Positions 8,961-18,459 of a stretch of DNA of 63,002 nucleotides are shown here, piece by piece; positions within the stretch are counted from its first letter, which is position 1; the number at the start of each line of letters is the position of its first letter. The notes under the pieces are model-generated. The model was not told the origin of the DNA, did no database searches, and saw nothing but the letters and a program-made list of their open reading frames with translations. The stretch covers positions 1 through 63,002 of the forward strand of contig JBNPEG010000028.1 in NCBI GenBank assembly GCA_051117555.1. The letters are read 5' to 3'. The translations under genes and the position numbers were made by a program. The DNA is from Elainellaceae cyanobacterium (GTDB lineage: Bacteria > Cyanobacteriota > Cyanobacteriia > CAZCXK01).

Positions 8961-10907
8961 ATGGCACGCACCATTTTTATGAGCCGACGGAGGCACATCT
9001 AGGGCAGGATTTTGGTTAAAGAAACCAACGGGTTTGAGCATAAAGCTCGCATAAGAAACAGGCATGACAGGCCAGTCCTCGGGACGTGGAATATGATGTT
9101 GCCCGAAGGTATACCATACAACGACATCCGTGTTTTCAATGGAGCGGTTGGCTTGGGTCCATTTGGGTAGCCCGTCTCCCCCTGGATGCTGGTTGGGATA
9201 GTCACCTGCCGGATATTTTTCATCCGAGCTGTATGGAGTTGCCCAAACGTTTTTCGTGATGAAGGTTGCTCGCTTCGTAACGCTGGCTTCAGGATGGGCA
9301 AAAGAGAGGACAGTATCGCCGGGGATGAGCTTATACCCCACCGGATTTCCGACGCTGTTAAGTTTTGACGGGTTTATGACCTTCCAATAGCGCCCCTTAA
9401 ATGGGTCAATGGTGCGCTGAGCTTCTTGCTCGGTCGCTAGCAGCGTTGACTTGGCAACACACGCATTGCCGTGAGGATTCTCAGGCCCTAGAGGCAACGG
9501 TTCAGTATTGACTTCATAAATAGAGTTGGTTTGCCCATCAACGGCCATATCCATCCGCACGTTGAAGAAGTGTTGATGAATGTGTCCGACTAATTGAGGC
9601 GCTAATAATTCGCCGTGCTGAGGCGTCTCACCGGGGGCGATCGCCGATGTATTCACAATTCCAGTGAGCTTAACCTCAAACTGAATCGTACCGTCTTGGT
9701 AGAAATACCAGTAAAACCCGTACTCGTAGTTGCCTACCGTGGCAATAAATGAGACAACGAGGCGCCGCGATCGCCTGACCTCTGTATGCTCAGTCCGCCA
9801 ATCCATATGCTTCCAAAGAATGCCGAAGTCTTCTTCATGCATACAGATAGCGTTCTCAATGGTGGCAACGTCTCCCTGACTATTAGACAAAAAGGCGTCA
9901 AAATACCGAATCTCACCCAAACAATCACAGCCCAGTTTCAAGGAATTTGCCAACATGCCGATACCATACTCGCCGACATCGAAGGCATTTTTTCGGTAGT
10001 GATTTGAGTCGGGCACACCCGGATCGTTGTATGGCACCACCATTTCTGCCAGCGACGCCCGATAGATAATAGAACGAATGCGCCCTTGATCTTCATAGCC
10101 GACGTCATAAAGCACCAGCCCCTCGCGAGGCGTGAATCCAATGCGGAAGTGCCATTTTTGCCAATAGACCTTATACCCTTCAACGTGAAAACTCGGCCCC
10201 TCTGGCTGAATGATGTCTAAGGGTTTCAAATCAGTTCGAAATTGGGGAATGTAGTCGCTGGCATAGTTCCCTGGCTCAGGGGGTAAAGGCACAATTCCAT
10301 AGTCTTCAACCTTGATAACGGTCATGGTGTTGAGGTCAACCACGGGCACGACGCCCTCGATGGGTCGGGCGTAGCCGTTATCATTGGGTTCTGACCGAAT
10401 CCAGCAAAATGCCCGTGAGAGCCTTAGTCCCTTCTCATTTTCGAGACCAAAGTTACCGGCTGACCACGGGTCGACCATGACTAAATCAAAGTCAGTGATA
10501 CCGCGCTTTTTTAGAGCCTGTTGAAAGTCAGGATTGGCTTTAACGGCTGCTTCGCATTCTAAAAATTCATCGAGCATGATTGACGGCTGCACGTCTGGGA
10601 TATGAGTCCAAGACATGATTCGCTGTTCGGGAATCGAGGCGATCGCCTCGTATGTGTTTCCTGTAGCGTTATCGAGCAAGATTACAAATGCTTCTCGATT
10701 GATGGAATCACCTGGCTTAAATGCGCGAATCACCGATTTAGGAGGTTCATGAAGAACCACAGTGGCAAACCGAACGCGATCGCCAAATTGGGGATGAGCT
10801 GACACGATCGCAACAGTTGCCGCAATTTCCTCAGGTGAAAGTGGATCAAGCGGATGTTGCCCCACGATAGTCTGACTCAAATGGTCGGGTAGCGGCGTGG
10901 TCGTCAT
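8943..10907 (-). CDS. tynA: Copper/topaquinone primary amine oxidase
   Basis: HPLDPLS N-terminus; TVGNYEY (TPQ precursor Tyr); HQH and HHIPRPEDWPVMP copper ligands; no signal peptide from ATG 10907. Confidence 0.92.
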   Translation of the reverse strand: MTTTPLPDHLSQTIVGQHPLDPLSPEEIAATVAIVSAHPQFGDRVRFATVVLHEPPKSVIRAFKPGDSINREAFVILLDNATGNTYEAIASIPEQRIMSWTHIPDVQPSIMLDEFLECEAAVKANPDFQQALKKRGITDFDLVMVDPWSAGNFGLENEKGLRLSRAFCWIRSEPNDNGYARPIEGVVPVVDLNTMTVIKVEDYGIVPLPPEPGNYASDYIPQFRTDLKPLDIIQPEGPSFHVEGYKVYWQKWHFRIGFTPREGLVLYDVGYEDQGRIRSIIYRASLAEMVVPYNDPGVPDSNHYRKNAFDVGEYGIGMLANSLKLGCDCLGEIRYFDAFLSNSQGDVATIENAICMHEEDFGILWKHMDWRTEHTEVRRSRRLVVSFIATVGNYEYGFYWYFYQDGTIQFEVKLTGIVNTSAIAPGETPQHGELLAPQLVGHIHQHFFNVRMDMAVDGQTNSIYEVNTEPLPLGPENPHGNACVAKSTLLATEQEAQRTIDPFKGRYWKVINPSKLNSVGNPVGYKLIPGDTVLSFAHPEASVTKRATFITKNVWATPYSSDEKYPAGDYPNQHPGGDGLPKWTQANRSIENTDVVVWYTFGQHHIPRPEDWPVMPVSYASFMLKPVGFFNQNPALDVPPSAHKNGACHSHHST

Positions 10908-10996
10908 GGTCGTTCTCTCAATCAAAATAACGAGCAAAATAACGAGGACTATCAATAAACCGCAGCGCACGATGGCATAACGGCATGACTCTGACT

Positions 10997-11038
10997 ACGC
11001 TAATGTGCTTGTTGCTCAGTGTTTGTGTGACACGATAC
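10997..11038 (-). promoter_or_regulatory. Putative NtcA-activated promoter of the amine oxidase
   Basis: Minus strand GTATCGTGTCACAC (GTA-N8-CAC, 11038-11025), 22-nt spacer, then TAGCGT (TAN3T, 11002-10997). Confidence 0.6.
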
Positions 11039-11177
11039 CAACGCCCCCAAACTCAAGAAACCCGATGTGGCAAACCATCGGGGACGCTGCTCTATTAGTC
11101 TTTAGCTTACTAACCTTCCTTTAGCCTGATTTTAAAGTCACAGTTGGGCTGAGTTGGTCTGATGCGATCGCGCGGCA

Positions 11178-11570
11178 TTAGCTGCCGAGCCCGACTTCAG
11201 TCTTACTCAAATCGGGGCGAAGCTCTTTAGCTTGCCGGAGATAGGAGTGATGAACCGGTGCTAAAGGTTCGGGCACATTAACATGAATCAATACGCGGAT
11301 GCAGCGCTCAAGACTGCCCTCTACGTGCATCTGCTGCACGTCTAGCAGAGGCACATGTTGCCAGTGGGGACGTTCACGGGCGATCGCCGCTGGAAACACC
11401 GCATCCAGATCGCGCGTAACCGAGAAGGTAGCGCTAATCATATGGTCTGGGTTGAGATGGTTCAGATGTTCGAGCGCATCAAGTAACTCTAGTACAGCAT
11501 CTCGGATGGCTTCGATTGAATTTTCTGAGGCAGTTGTTGCACCCCGAATTGCCTGAACTCTCCACTCCAC
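11178..11570 (-). CDS. aroH: Chorismate mutase AroH
   Basis: AIRGATT, FSVTRDLDAVFPA, CIRVLIH, YLRQAKELRPDL; GTG start at 11570. Confidence 0.92.
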   Translation of the reverse strand: MEWRVQAIRGATTASENSIEAIRDAVLELLDALEHLNHLNPDHMISATFSVTRDLDAVFPAAIARERPHWQHVPLLDVQQMHVEGSLERCIRVLIHVNVPEPLAPVHHSYLRQAKELRPDLSKTEVGLGS

Positions 11571-11819
11571 GCCAAATTCCTCCAATAAAAGCAACGAGCT
11601 GTTCGCCGCTGATACCCGCCAAATCACCCTCCACTCATTACAAATTTGCAGTAGAGTCGCTGGCCGATTCACAACGAGCGTCTGTGTCTATTAAACCCTA
11701 CTTAGAAATTGTTACCAGAGGGTCAACAGCGCGTTTTCATAGACATATCCATTGGGAGCATCCCGAATGAGTCATTCACAGGACTTACGCAAATTCCCAT
11801 TCTTGAACCTAGGTTTAGC

Positions 11820-11985
11820 GTAGGGTGGGCACGTATGTGTTTAGCGCATATGTTAAGATTCCTCGCTGTCGCTGCCACCTTTTCAAGGGGGCTATCTACA
11901 GGTTGCTGAAGTCCCCCTTTTTAGGGATTTAGGGAGATCTATAGGACGTTACGCTAAACACATACGTGAGCACTGCCCACCCTAC
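11820..11985. repeat. Nested palindromic dispersed repeats (REP/SDR-like element containing a MITE-like insert)
   Basis: GTAGGGTGGGCA (11820) / TGCCCACCCTAC (11974-11985) enclose a perfect 17-bp IR, CACGTATGTGTTTAGCG (11830-11846) / CGCTAAACACATACGTG (11952-11968). Confidence 0.75.
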
Positions 11986-12006
11986 TGTTTTGACACGCCT
12001 AAAATA

Positions 12007-12105
12007 GTAGGTTGGATTAGCGATAGCGAAACCCAACGAAAGGATTTCTGCTGTTGGTTTTCTCCTTTGGAGACGCTACGCGAACGTAACCTCAACCTAA
12101 CCTAC
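12007..12105. repeat. Cyanobacterial palindromic dispersed repeat with nested insert
   Basis: GTAGGTTGG...AACCTAAC CTAC inverted ends; internal TCTCCTTTGGAGACGCTACGCGAACG. Confidence 0.6.
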
Positions 12106-12149
12106 TTTAATCCACCAAATTAGCTGTGCCACGCCACTACTGGTGCTCA

Positions 12150-12420
12150 AAATGCGTTCGCATTCATTCGAAATGCACTCACATTTGTTAGAAATGCGTT
12201 CGCATTTGTTAGAAATGCGTTCGCAATTGCTCAAAATGCATTCACATTTGCTCGAAATGCGTTCATATTTGCTCGAAATGCATTCACATTTGCTCGAAAT
12301 GCACTCACATTTGTTAGAAATGCGTTCACATTTGTTAGAAATGCGTTCACATTTGCTCGAAATGCATTCACATTTGTTAGAAATGCGTTCATATTTGCTC
12401 GAAATGCGTTCACATTTGCG
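12150..12420. repeat. 21-bp tandem array, about 13 copies
   Basis: Consensus AAATGCGTTCACATTTG(TTAG/CTCG) repeated head-to-tail with no spacers. Confidence 0.95.
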
Positions 12421-12550
12421 AGAGCGTTTAGGTTTTCGTATGAGTGCGACCGTCCTCGGTCGCGTGTTCCTTAACGGTAAGGTCGCCGAGACATTATGCT
12501 CCGCATTGCCAGGGCAAATACACTTGACTATACAAAATTCGGAACACTCT
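12421..12550. mobile_element. 130-bp MITE-like element, copy A
   Basis: 118/130 identical to 14771-14900 by manual alignment; imperfect terminal IRs AGAGCGTTT.../...GAACACTCT. Confidence 0.7.
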
Positions 12551-12601
12551 CCAAAGACGATTCAAATGATGTCAGAGCACGCAGACGCAGGATGCGAGAC
12601 A

Positions 12602-13420
12602 TTAGGGACGATAGAGCCAAAGCGGCAACCCACTCGTCAAAAGCTCGAACTCGAGCCAATCTGCTCCCGTTGACAGGCTAGATGACATCCGATTACCCGG
12701 CAAAAGCCGACTCAAAAATCGCTTAGGTTCTTCGATGGTAAAGCACTCGGCTTTTTCTGGATCAAGCCCTGCTAATTCTGCCGCCCAGCGACGAGCATCT
12801 TCTTCAGTGCCTAGTCGATCAACCACTCCATGCTCCAAGGCTTGCTGTCCGGTAAAAATTCGCCCATCTGCAAAGCTTTTAACCGTATCAACAGCTAGGT
12901 TTCTCGCGTCAGCCACTGTTTGCACAAATTGGTCATAACTTGTGTCAATGAGTTCTTGAAGAATGCTCTGCTCGGGCTCGGTTAGCTCTCGATCAAACGC
13001 CAGAATATCTTTGTACGGTCCTGACTTGACCACTTTGAATGAGATGCCAATTTTATCGAGCAGTCGTTCGAGGTTATTGCCGCGCAAGATGACACCGATA
13101 CTGCCTGTGATGGTTCCAGGATTCGCCACGATGTGCTGGGCGCCCATGCCAATGTAAACGCCCCCCGAGGCAGAAATATTGCCGAAGCTGGCAACAATCT
13201 TGACTTTTTCTCGTAGACGCTTCAATGCACTATAAATCTCTTGGGAATCGCCCACCGTTCCACCAGGGCTATCAATCCGCAGCAAAAGAGCCGGGAATTT
13301 TCGTTCTTCGACGGTGTCTAATGCATCTAAAACTCGCCGACGAGTCGATCCGGTAATCGCTCCGCTGATCTCAATTCGTGCAATTTGTTTCTGAAAGGGT
13401 GGCTTAAAGGGCCAAATCAT
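12602..13420 (-). CDS. sppA: Signal peptide peptidase SppA (short form)
   Basis: RIDSPGG, SASGGVYI, TITGSIGV, KSGPYKD, DGRIFTGQQA. Confidence 0.93.
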   Translation of the reverse strand: MIWPFKPPFQKQIARIEISGAITGSTRRRVLDALDTVEERKFPALLLRIDSPGGTVGDSQEIYSALKRLREKVKIVASFGNISASGGVYIGMGAQHIVANPGTITGSIGVILRGNNLERLLDKIGISFKVVKSGPYKDILAFDRELTEPEQSILQELIDTSYDQFVQTVADARNLAVDTVKSFADGRIFTGQQALEHGVVDRLGTEEDARRWAAELAGLDPEKAECFTIEEPKRFLSRLLPGNRMSSSLSTGADWLEFELLTSGLPLWLYRP

Positions 13421-13727
13421 AGGTAGCTAACAACGTGAATAATTCTAATTTTGCGATCGTCACTGCTTAATCCAGTGTGTCTCATTTATAGCGCTCATAG
13501 AGATTCATCCTGGAAGGCTAGACTGTGGTGATATCCGAACGAATCGTCGAATAGTCCATGCCAAAATCTATGCCCATTTGAATGAAACCCCTCAAAGCAG
13601 ATGATCGATTGTACCGATAACGGCTGTAAATTGTGACACACTATGAAATTAGAATCTTAACATAATGAAATATAGGGCCATAATGAAATACAGGTTTTAA
13701 AGAAATTCATTCCAAACGCCCATATTC

Positions 13728-14768
13728 ATGCAGTTAAAACTTACTGACTCTAAAATCCCCTTTGCATCTCTGCTACTCATTGCGCCCTTTTTCTTGTGGG
13801 GAACCGCAATGGTAGCGATGAAGGGCACTATTTCCCACACGACTCCGCTATTTATGGCTGGGGTGCGCACGCTGCCAGCCGGAGTCTTGGTAATTGGAGG
13901 GGCAGCTTGGCTGGGGCGATCGCAGCCGAGAGGATGGTCAGCGTGGCTCTGGATTGGGGGATTCGCCCTAATCGATGCGGTGATGTTTCAGGGATTTCTG
14001 GCAGAAGGATTGGTAAAAACAGGCGCTGGATTAGGGTCAGTGATGATTGACTCTCAGCCAATCGCTGTCGCTCTGATGGCTCGGTTTTTGTTTGCTGAAT
14101 GGGTCGGTTTGTGGGGTTGGCTGGGGCTATCGTTAGGCATCGCAGGAATTAGCTTGTTGGGATTGCCTGACGCGTGGATTGTTAGCCTACTCCGGGGTGA
14201 TAGTAGCTTCTTGACCTGGCAGTTTGGCATCGATGTGGTCGAGGCACTATTCCAGAATGGCGAGTGGCTGATGCTTTTAGCCGCCTTATCAATGGCCGCT
14301 GGAACAGTCATGATTCGGTATGTAATTCGCTACGCTGATCCGATTATGGCCACTGGATGGCATATGTTGATTGGAGGTGCAGTTCTATTTGGGTTCTCAG
14401 CACAATGGGAATCACAGCAATGGATAAATTTAACAGCGTCAGACGGCCTGGCACTAAGCTATTCAGCGATTTTTGGAAGCGCGATCGCCTATGGATTGTT
14501 TTTCTACTTTGCCTCTACAGGAAGCTTAACAAGCATCAGCTCTCTGACATTTCTAACTCCTGTGTTTGCACTGCTCTTTGGCAACCTGTTTTTAGGTGAA
14601 ACCTTGAGTCTCATTCAATGGATCGGGGTTTTGTTGACTTTAATTAGTATTTATTTAATTAATCAGCGAGATGCATTATCGATAATGTTTGGCGGGCATC
14701 AGACAGAATGGATAGACCCTGATGATTCCTCTGTGTCTGTCGACGATGAAGCGGGCGTTTCGTTATAG
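13728..14768 (+). CDS. DMT/EamA family transporter
   Basis: About 10 TM helices; LWGTAMVAMK and duplicated EamA pattern. Confidence 0.88.
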   Translation: MQLKLTDSKIPFASLLLIAPFFLWGTAMVAMKGTISHTTPLFMAGVRTLPAGVLVIGGAAWLGRSQPRGWSAWLWIGGFALIDAVMFQGFLAEGLVKTGAGLGSVMIDSQPIAVALMARFLFAEWVGLWGWLGLSLGIAGISLLGLPDAWIVSLLRGDSSFLTWQFGIDVVEALFQNGEWLMLLAALSMAAGTVMIRYVIRYADPIMATGWHMLIGGAVLFGFSAQWESQQWINLTASDGLALSYSAIFGSAIAYGLFFYFASTGSLTSISSLTFLTPVFALLFGNLFLGETLSLIQWIGVLLTLISIYLINQRDALSIMFGGHQTEWIDPDDSSVSVDDEAGVSL

Positions 14769-14770
14769 GG

Positions 14771-14900
14771 AGAGCGTTTAGGTTTGCGTGTAAGTGCGAC
14801 CGTCCTCGGTCGCGTGTTCTTTAACGGTAGGGTCGCCGAGACGCTATGCTCCGCATTGCCAGGGCAAACACACTTAATTCCACAAAATTCGGAACACTCT
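14771..14900. mobile_element. 130-bp MITE-like element, copy B
   Basis: Direct-orientation copy of 12421-12550, starting 2 bp after the DMT stop codon. Confidence 0.7.
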
Positions 14901-15230
14901 TTTACAGGTTACGTTCTCGCGCTCCTTGTTCTCGTGATTCTTTGAGCCTACTGCATGGCGTCAAAGCGATGATAATACCCTCACTAAGTTCATGCGCGGT
15001 CTTGTAGAGTATAGATGAGAATCATTGACTCGCATCTCAATAGTGAATCTAGATCGCTTCTAGATCACTTCTAAATCGATACCGAATCTAAATTAGTGTT
15101 GAGCAAATCAACCCAAATCAGGTTAAAAAAGATCCAACAGGGTATGGTTATCGTAAAACGGAGTCTTAGCCAACGATTATAATCGGGAGTCACAGGTACA
15201 AACCTGACGAGCACTGTTGGCGGCTCGTGC

Positions 15231-16928
15231 ATGAATCAGGATGCATCTCAACTCAAAGTTCACGATGTTGACGCTTGGTCGTCGTCTTCAATGTCCAACT
15301 GCTCATCTTTGCTGCTACTTGCTTGTCTGAGTTATTTTGATGTTTCCCCTGGTTTAGCCATTAGCGTGTCTGATGGTGGCGATATTGAGTGGAAACAGCG
15401 TCAGTTTGCCGTGGCTACGGTCAATTTGGCGCCAGAATCTGACTCGGCAACGGAAGATCTAAGCCTACGTACGCAGCCATATCGGCTAGCTCAATCCTCC
15501 CCCTCCTCTGCTGACTATCCAGATTCAGTATTGAGATTAGGCGTTTATGGCAGAGACGTTGCTGAAGCTCAGGCTCTTCTCTCGGAATTAGGGTATTACG
15601 ACGCAAATATAGACGGAATCTACGGCGAACAAACCCAGATTGCTGTGTCCGAGTTTCAAAGCAATGTTGGCTTGCCGCCAGATGGTCAAATCGACCAGCA
15701 AACTTGGCAACAATTACAAGCGACTCGCAATCTGGCACAGTCTGATTCGTCAGGTGTTTCTGAGGCTGTATTGGAACCGGAGTCATCAGCCTCAAATGGG
15801 GTTGAGGGCGAGCAAAACTCAGAGGCGAATAATGCTAACGGAACGGAGACTGAGGAGACGTCTGACGGCATCGAAGCTAGCGCACTGGCTAATCCTGAAG
15901 AAGAAAATACGGCTGACGTTAATCCCGATACGGATACTAATACAATTGCTAATACAGTAGATGCTTCCCAAAGTTCTGGAGAGAGCTCCTTAACAGATAA
16001 GGGGGAAACAACTCCGTCTTCAAATGTATCGTCTCAATTCTCCTGGCTACAGTGGCTGTTGCTGCTCGTTGTCATCGGTATTGCAAGTGGTGGGTTGTAT
16101 CAGATAGGGCGCTGGCGCGGGAAGCAAGAAAGACAACAAGGAGGCTTGTCTCACGGGCGATCGCCCACACCGCACTCCTCGTCTCACCCTTCATCTGCAA
16201 AATCTGAACCAAAATCTACGAATTCACAGTTAGCAACGGTATCCCAAGAAACCTCCAATGGCATCACCGACTCACCAACTCATCCGTCTGGAAATGGAGA
16301 GGGCGATCGTCAGGCAGAGCCAGTCACGCTTAGCGATACATCCATTGTTGAGAGTCACAATGGTGCAGGCGAGGTTGCAAAATCGCCCCTCGCAGCGGAC
16401 ACCATTCCCATAGAAGCAACAACGCGACTAGCCAAAGTTAATATTGTCCAAGAATTAGTCAACGACTTGCACACTCCAGATCCAAGCAAGCGGCGCAAAG
16501 CAATTTGGGAACTAGGGCAGAGAGGTTCGTCAGAGGCCATCCAGCCATTGTCGGACTTACTTATTGATTCTGACTCCAGCCAGCGTAGTTTGATCTTGGC
16601 GGCCATGTCAGAAATTGGGATGCGATCGCTCAAACCATTGAACCGAGCACTTATTATCTCGATGCAAGACGAAAACCCTGACGTCCGTAAGAATGCTATT
16701 CGAGATGTTACCCGCGTCTGTGATTTGGTCGCTCAAATTAGCCAGGTCTTACACCACGCCGCGTACGATGAAAATCAAGAAGTCCAAGAGACAGCTCAGT
16801 GGGCATTGAAGCAAATTGACCGCATTCGAGGAAACTCTGATTTAGGTCACCTTCCCCCATCTGATGTATCTCAATCAACCTCTGAGAGCCTACCGAGTGC
16901 ATCATCAGATCCTCCTGAAACGCACTAA
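15231..16928 (+). CDS. Peptidoglycan-binding domain / TM / HEAT-repeat protein
   Basis: LRLG...GYYDANIDGIYGEQT...FQSNVGLPPDG (PG_binding_1); one TM (WLQWLLLLVVIGIASGGLY); C-terminal HEAT-like repeats. Confidence 0.75.
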   Translation: MNQDASQLKVHDVDAWSSSSMSNCSSLLLLACLSYFDVSPGLAISVSDGGDIEWKQRQFAVATVNLAPESDSATEDLSLRTQPYRLAQSSPSSADYPDSVLRLGVYGRDVAEAQALLSELGYYDANIDGIYGEQTQIAVSEFQSNVGLPPDGQIDQQTWQQLQATRNLAQSDSSGVSEAVLEPESSASNGVEGEQNSEANNANGTETEETSDGIEASALANPEEENTADVNPDTDTNTIANTVDASQSSGESSLTDKGETTPSSNVSSQFSWLQWLLLLVVIGIASGGLYQIGRWRGKQERQQGGLSHGRSPTPHSSSHPSSAKSEPKSTNSQLATVSQETSNGITDSPTHPSGNGEGDRQAEPVTLSDTSIVESHNGAGEVAKSPLAADTIPIEATTRLAKVNIVQELVNDLHTPDPSKRRKAIWELGQRGSSEAIQPLSDLLIDSDSSQRSLILAAMSEIGMRSLKPLNRALIISMQDENPDVRKNAIRDVTRVCDLVAQISQVLHHAAYDENQEVQETAQWALKQIDRIRGNSDLGHLPPSDVSQSTSESLPSASSDPPETH

Positions 16929-17290
16929 GTGGCCGTAAAGAAACAACTTCACAGTTTGATTGAGCCTTAGGATGCTGTATAGCCTTTCAGGCATGGCTAC
17001 GCTAAAGCGTTAGCGTAACGCACCACCATGAGGTTATTTTTTAACGAACCCTGGATCAACCCAATTAAGCTAACTTGATTGGGTGTGATAGCATCCGCAG
17101 TCGACGTGATCTCAATCGAGGTCTTTAAGAATCCGAAGCGAGTTTCTATAGTTCACCTAAAGTTCGTCCCTGTTTTGAACATGTCTCCCTAAGATAGAAA
17201 GAGTGAGCAAGTTTACGATATGTTGCTACAAAGCCCCAAACGCTTTGCAGCAGCTACGGGAGTATATCCTCAGCAGGAGGGAAGGGACAT

Positions 17291-18367
17291 ATGGCTGATG
17301 TTGAACAGCTAGGTTTAAGTCACGAGTATTTATTAGATCGTGATTGCACCACACTATCCCGTCACGTGCTTCAACAGCTTCAGAGTTTTTCGCCAGAAGC
17401 TCAAGATCTGAGTGCTCTTATGAATCGAATCGCATTGGCGGCTAAGCTAATTGCTCGTCGCCTAAGTAGAGCAGGGCTTGTCGAAAATGCGCTCGGATTT
17501 ACAGGAAACACCAATGTACAAGGCGAATCCGTCAAAAAGATGGACGTTTATGCCAATCAAGTCTTTATCTCAGTGTTTGAGCAGAGCGGGTTAGTTTGTC
17601 GTCTCGCTTCCGAGGAGATGGAGAAGCCATACTACATTCCAGAAAATTGTCCGGTCGGGCGATATACTCTACTTTATGACCCAATCGATGGATCCTCAAA
17701 CGTTGATATCAACCTAAACGTCGGCTCAATTTTTGCAATTCGCAGACAAGAAGGAGACGACTTGGATGGAGATGCAAAAGACCTTCTTCGAAGTGGTCAA
17801 GCCCAAATCGCAGCAGGATACGTTCTTTACGGTCCGAGCACGATGTTGGTGTATTCCATCGGGAAAGGGGTTCACGCATTCAACTTAGACCCTAGCTTGG
17901 GCGAGTTCATTCTCTCCCATGAAAATATTCAAATTCCAGAGCATGGCCCTATCTATAGCGTCAACGAAGGTAATTTCTGGCAGTGGGATGAATCCATACG
18001 CGACTATATCCGCTATGTTCATCGGCATGAAGGATATTCTGCTCGCTATAGTGGCGCATTAGTGGGTGATTTCCATCGCACACTGTTTCAAGGTGGCGTA
18101 TTTATTTATCCCGGTACGGTTAAGAAACCAGAAGGAAAACTACGACTGCTCTATGAATCTGCTCCCTTAGCCTATCTTGTCGAACAGGCAGGTGGGCGGG
18201 CTAGTACTGGCCTGCAAGATATTATGGATGTTATTCCCGAACAACTCCACGATCGCACGCCTCTAGTCATTGGTAGTAAAGAGGATGTTGCCTTAGTCGA
18301 ATCATTTATTCAAGAACGTGCTCGTCAGAATCGAGAAAAGCCTGGGCTTTCTCTCCCATCCAATTAG
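17291..18367 (+). CDS. fbp: Fructose-1,6-bisphosphatase class 1
   Basis: [30 protein letters not shown]. Confidence 0.96.
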   Translation: MADVEQLGLSHEYLLDRDCTTLSRHVLQQLQSFSPEAQDLSALMNRIALAAKLIARRLSRAGLVENALGFTGNTNVQGESVKKMDVYANQVFISVFEQSGLVCRLASEEMEKPYYIPENCPVGRYTLLYDPIDGSSNVDINLNVGSIFAIRRQEGDDLDGDAKDLLRSGQAQIAAGYVLYGPSTMLVYSIGKGVHAFNLDPSLGEFILSHENIQIPEHGPIYSVNEGNFWQWDESIRDYIRYVHRHEGYSARYSGALVGDFHRTLFQGGVFIYPGTVKKPEGKLRLLYESAPLAYLVEQAGGRASTGLQDIMDVIPEQLHDRTPLVIGSKEDVALVESFIQERARQNREKPGLSLPSN

Positions 18368-18459
18368 GTTAGAAAACATGTGTCAGACCGATTCGGATCT
18401 GGTGATGCGGTTCTCAATCTCCTGAGCCTTTGTTCTCTTAACGTTTATTCTCAACGCCC

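Noticed and set aside
12150..12420. CRISPR array
   Set aside because: Units are contiguous with no unique spacers; no cas genes nearby
12143..12673. 176-aa ORF with EMRSHLL heptads
   Set aside because: Open only because of the tandem repeat; runs through a MITE-like element and into sppA antisense
13626..13639. GTA-N8-CAC upstream of the DMT gene
   Set aside because: No TAN3T at the 22-nt spacing; could be chance in AT-rich DNA
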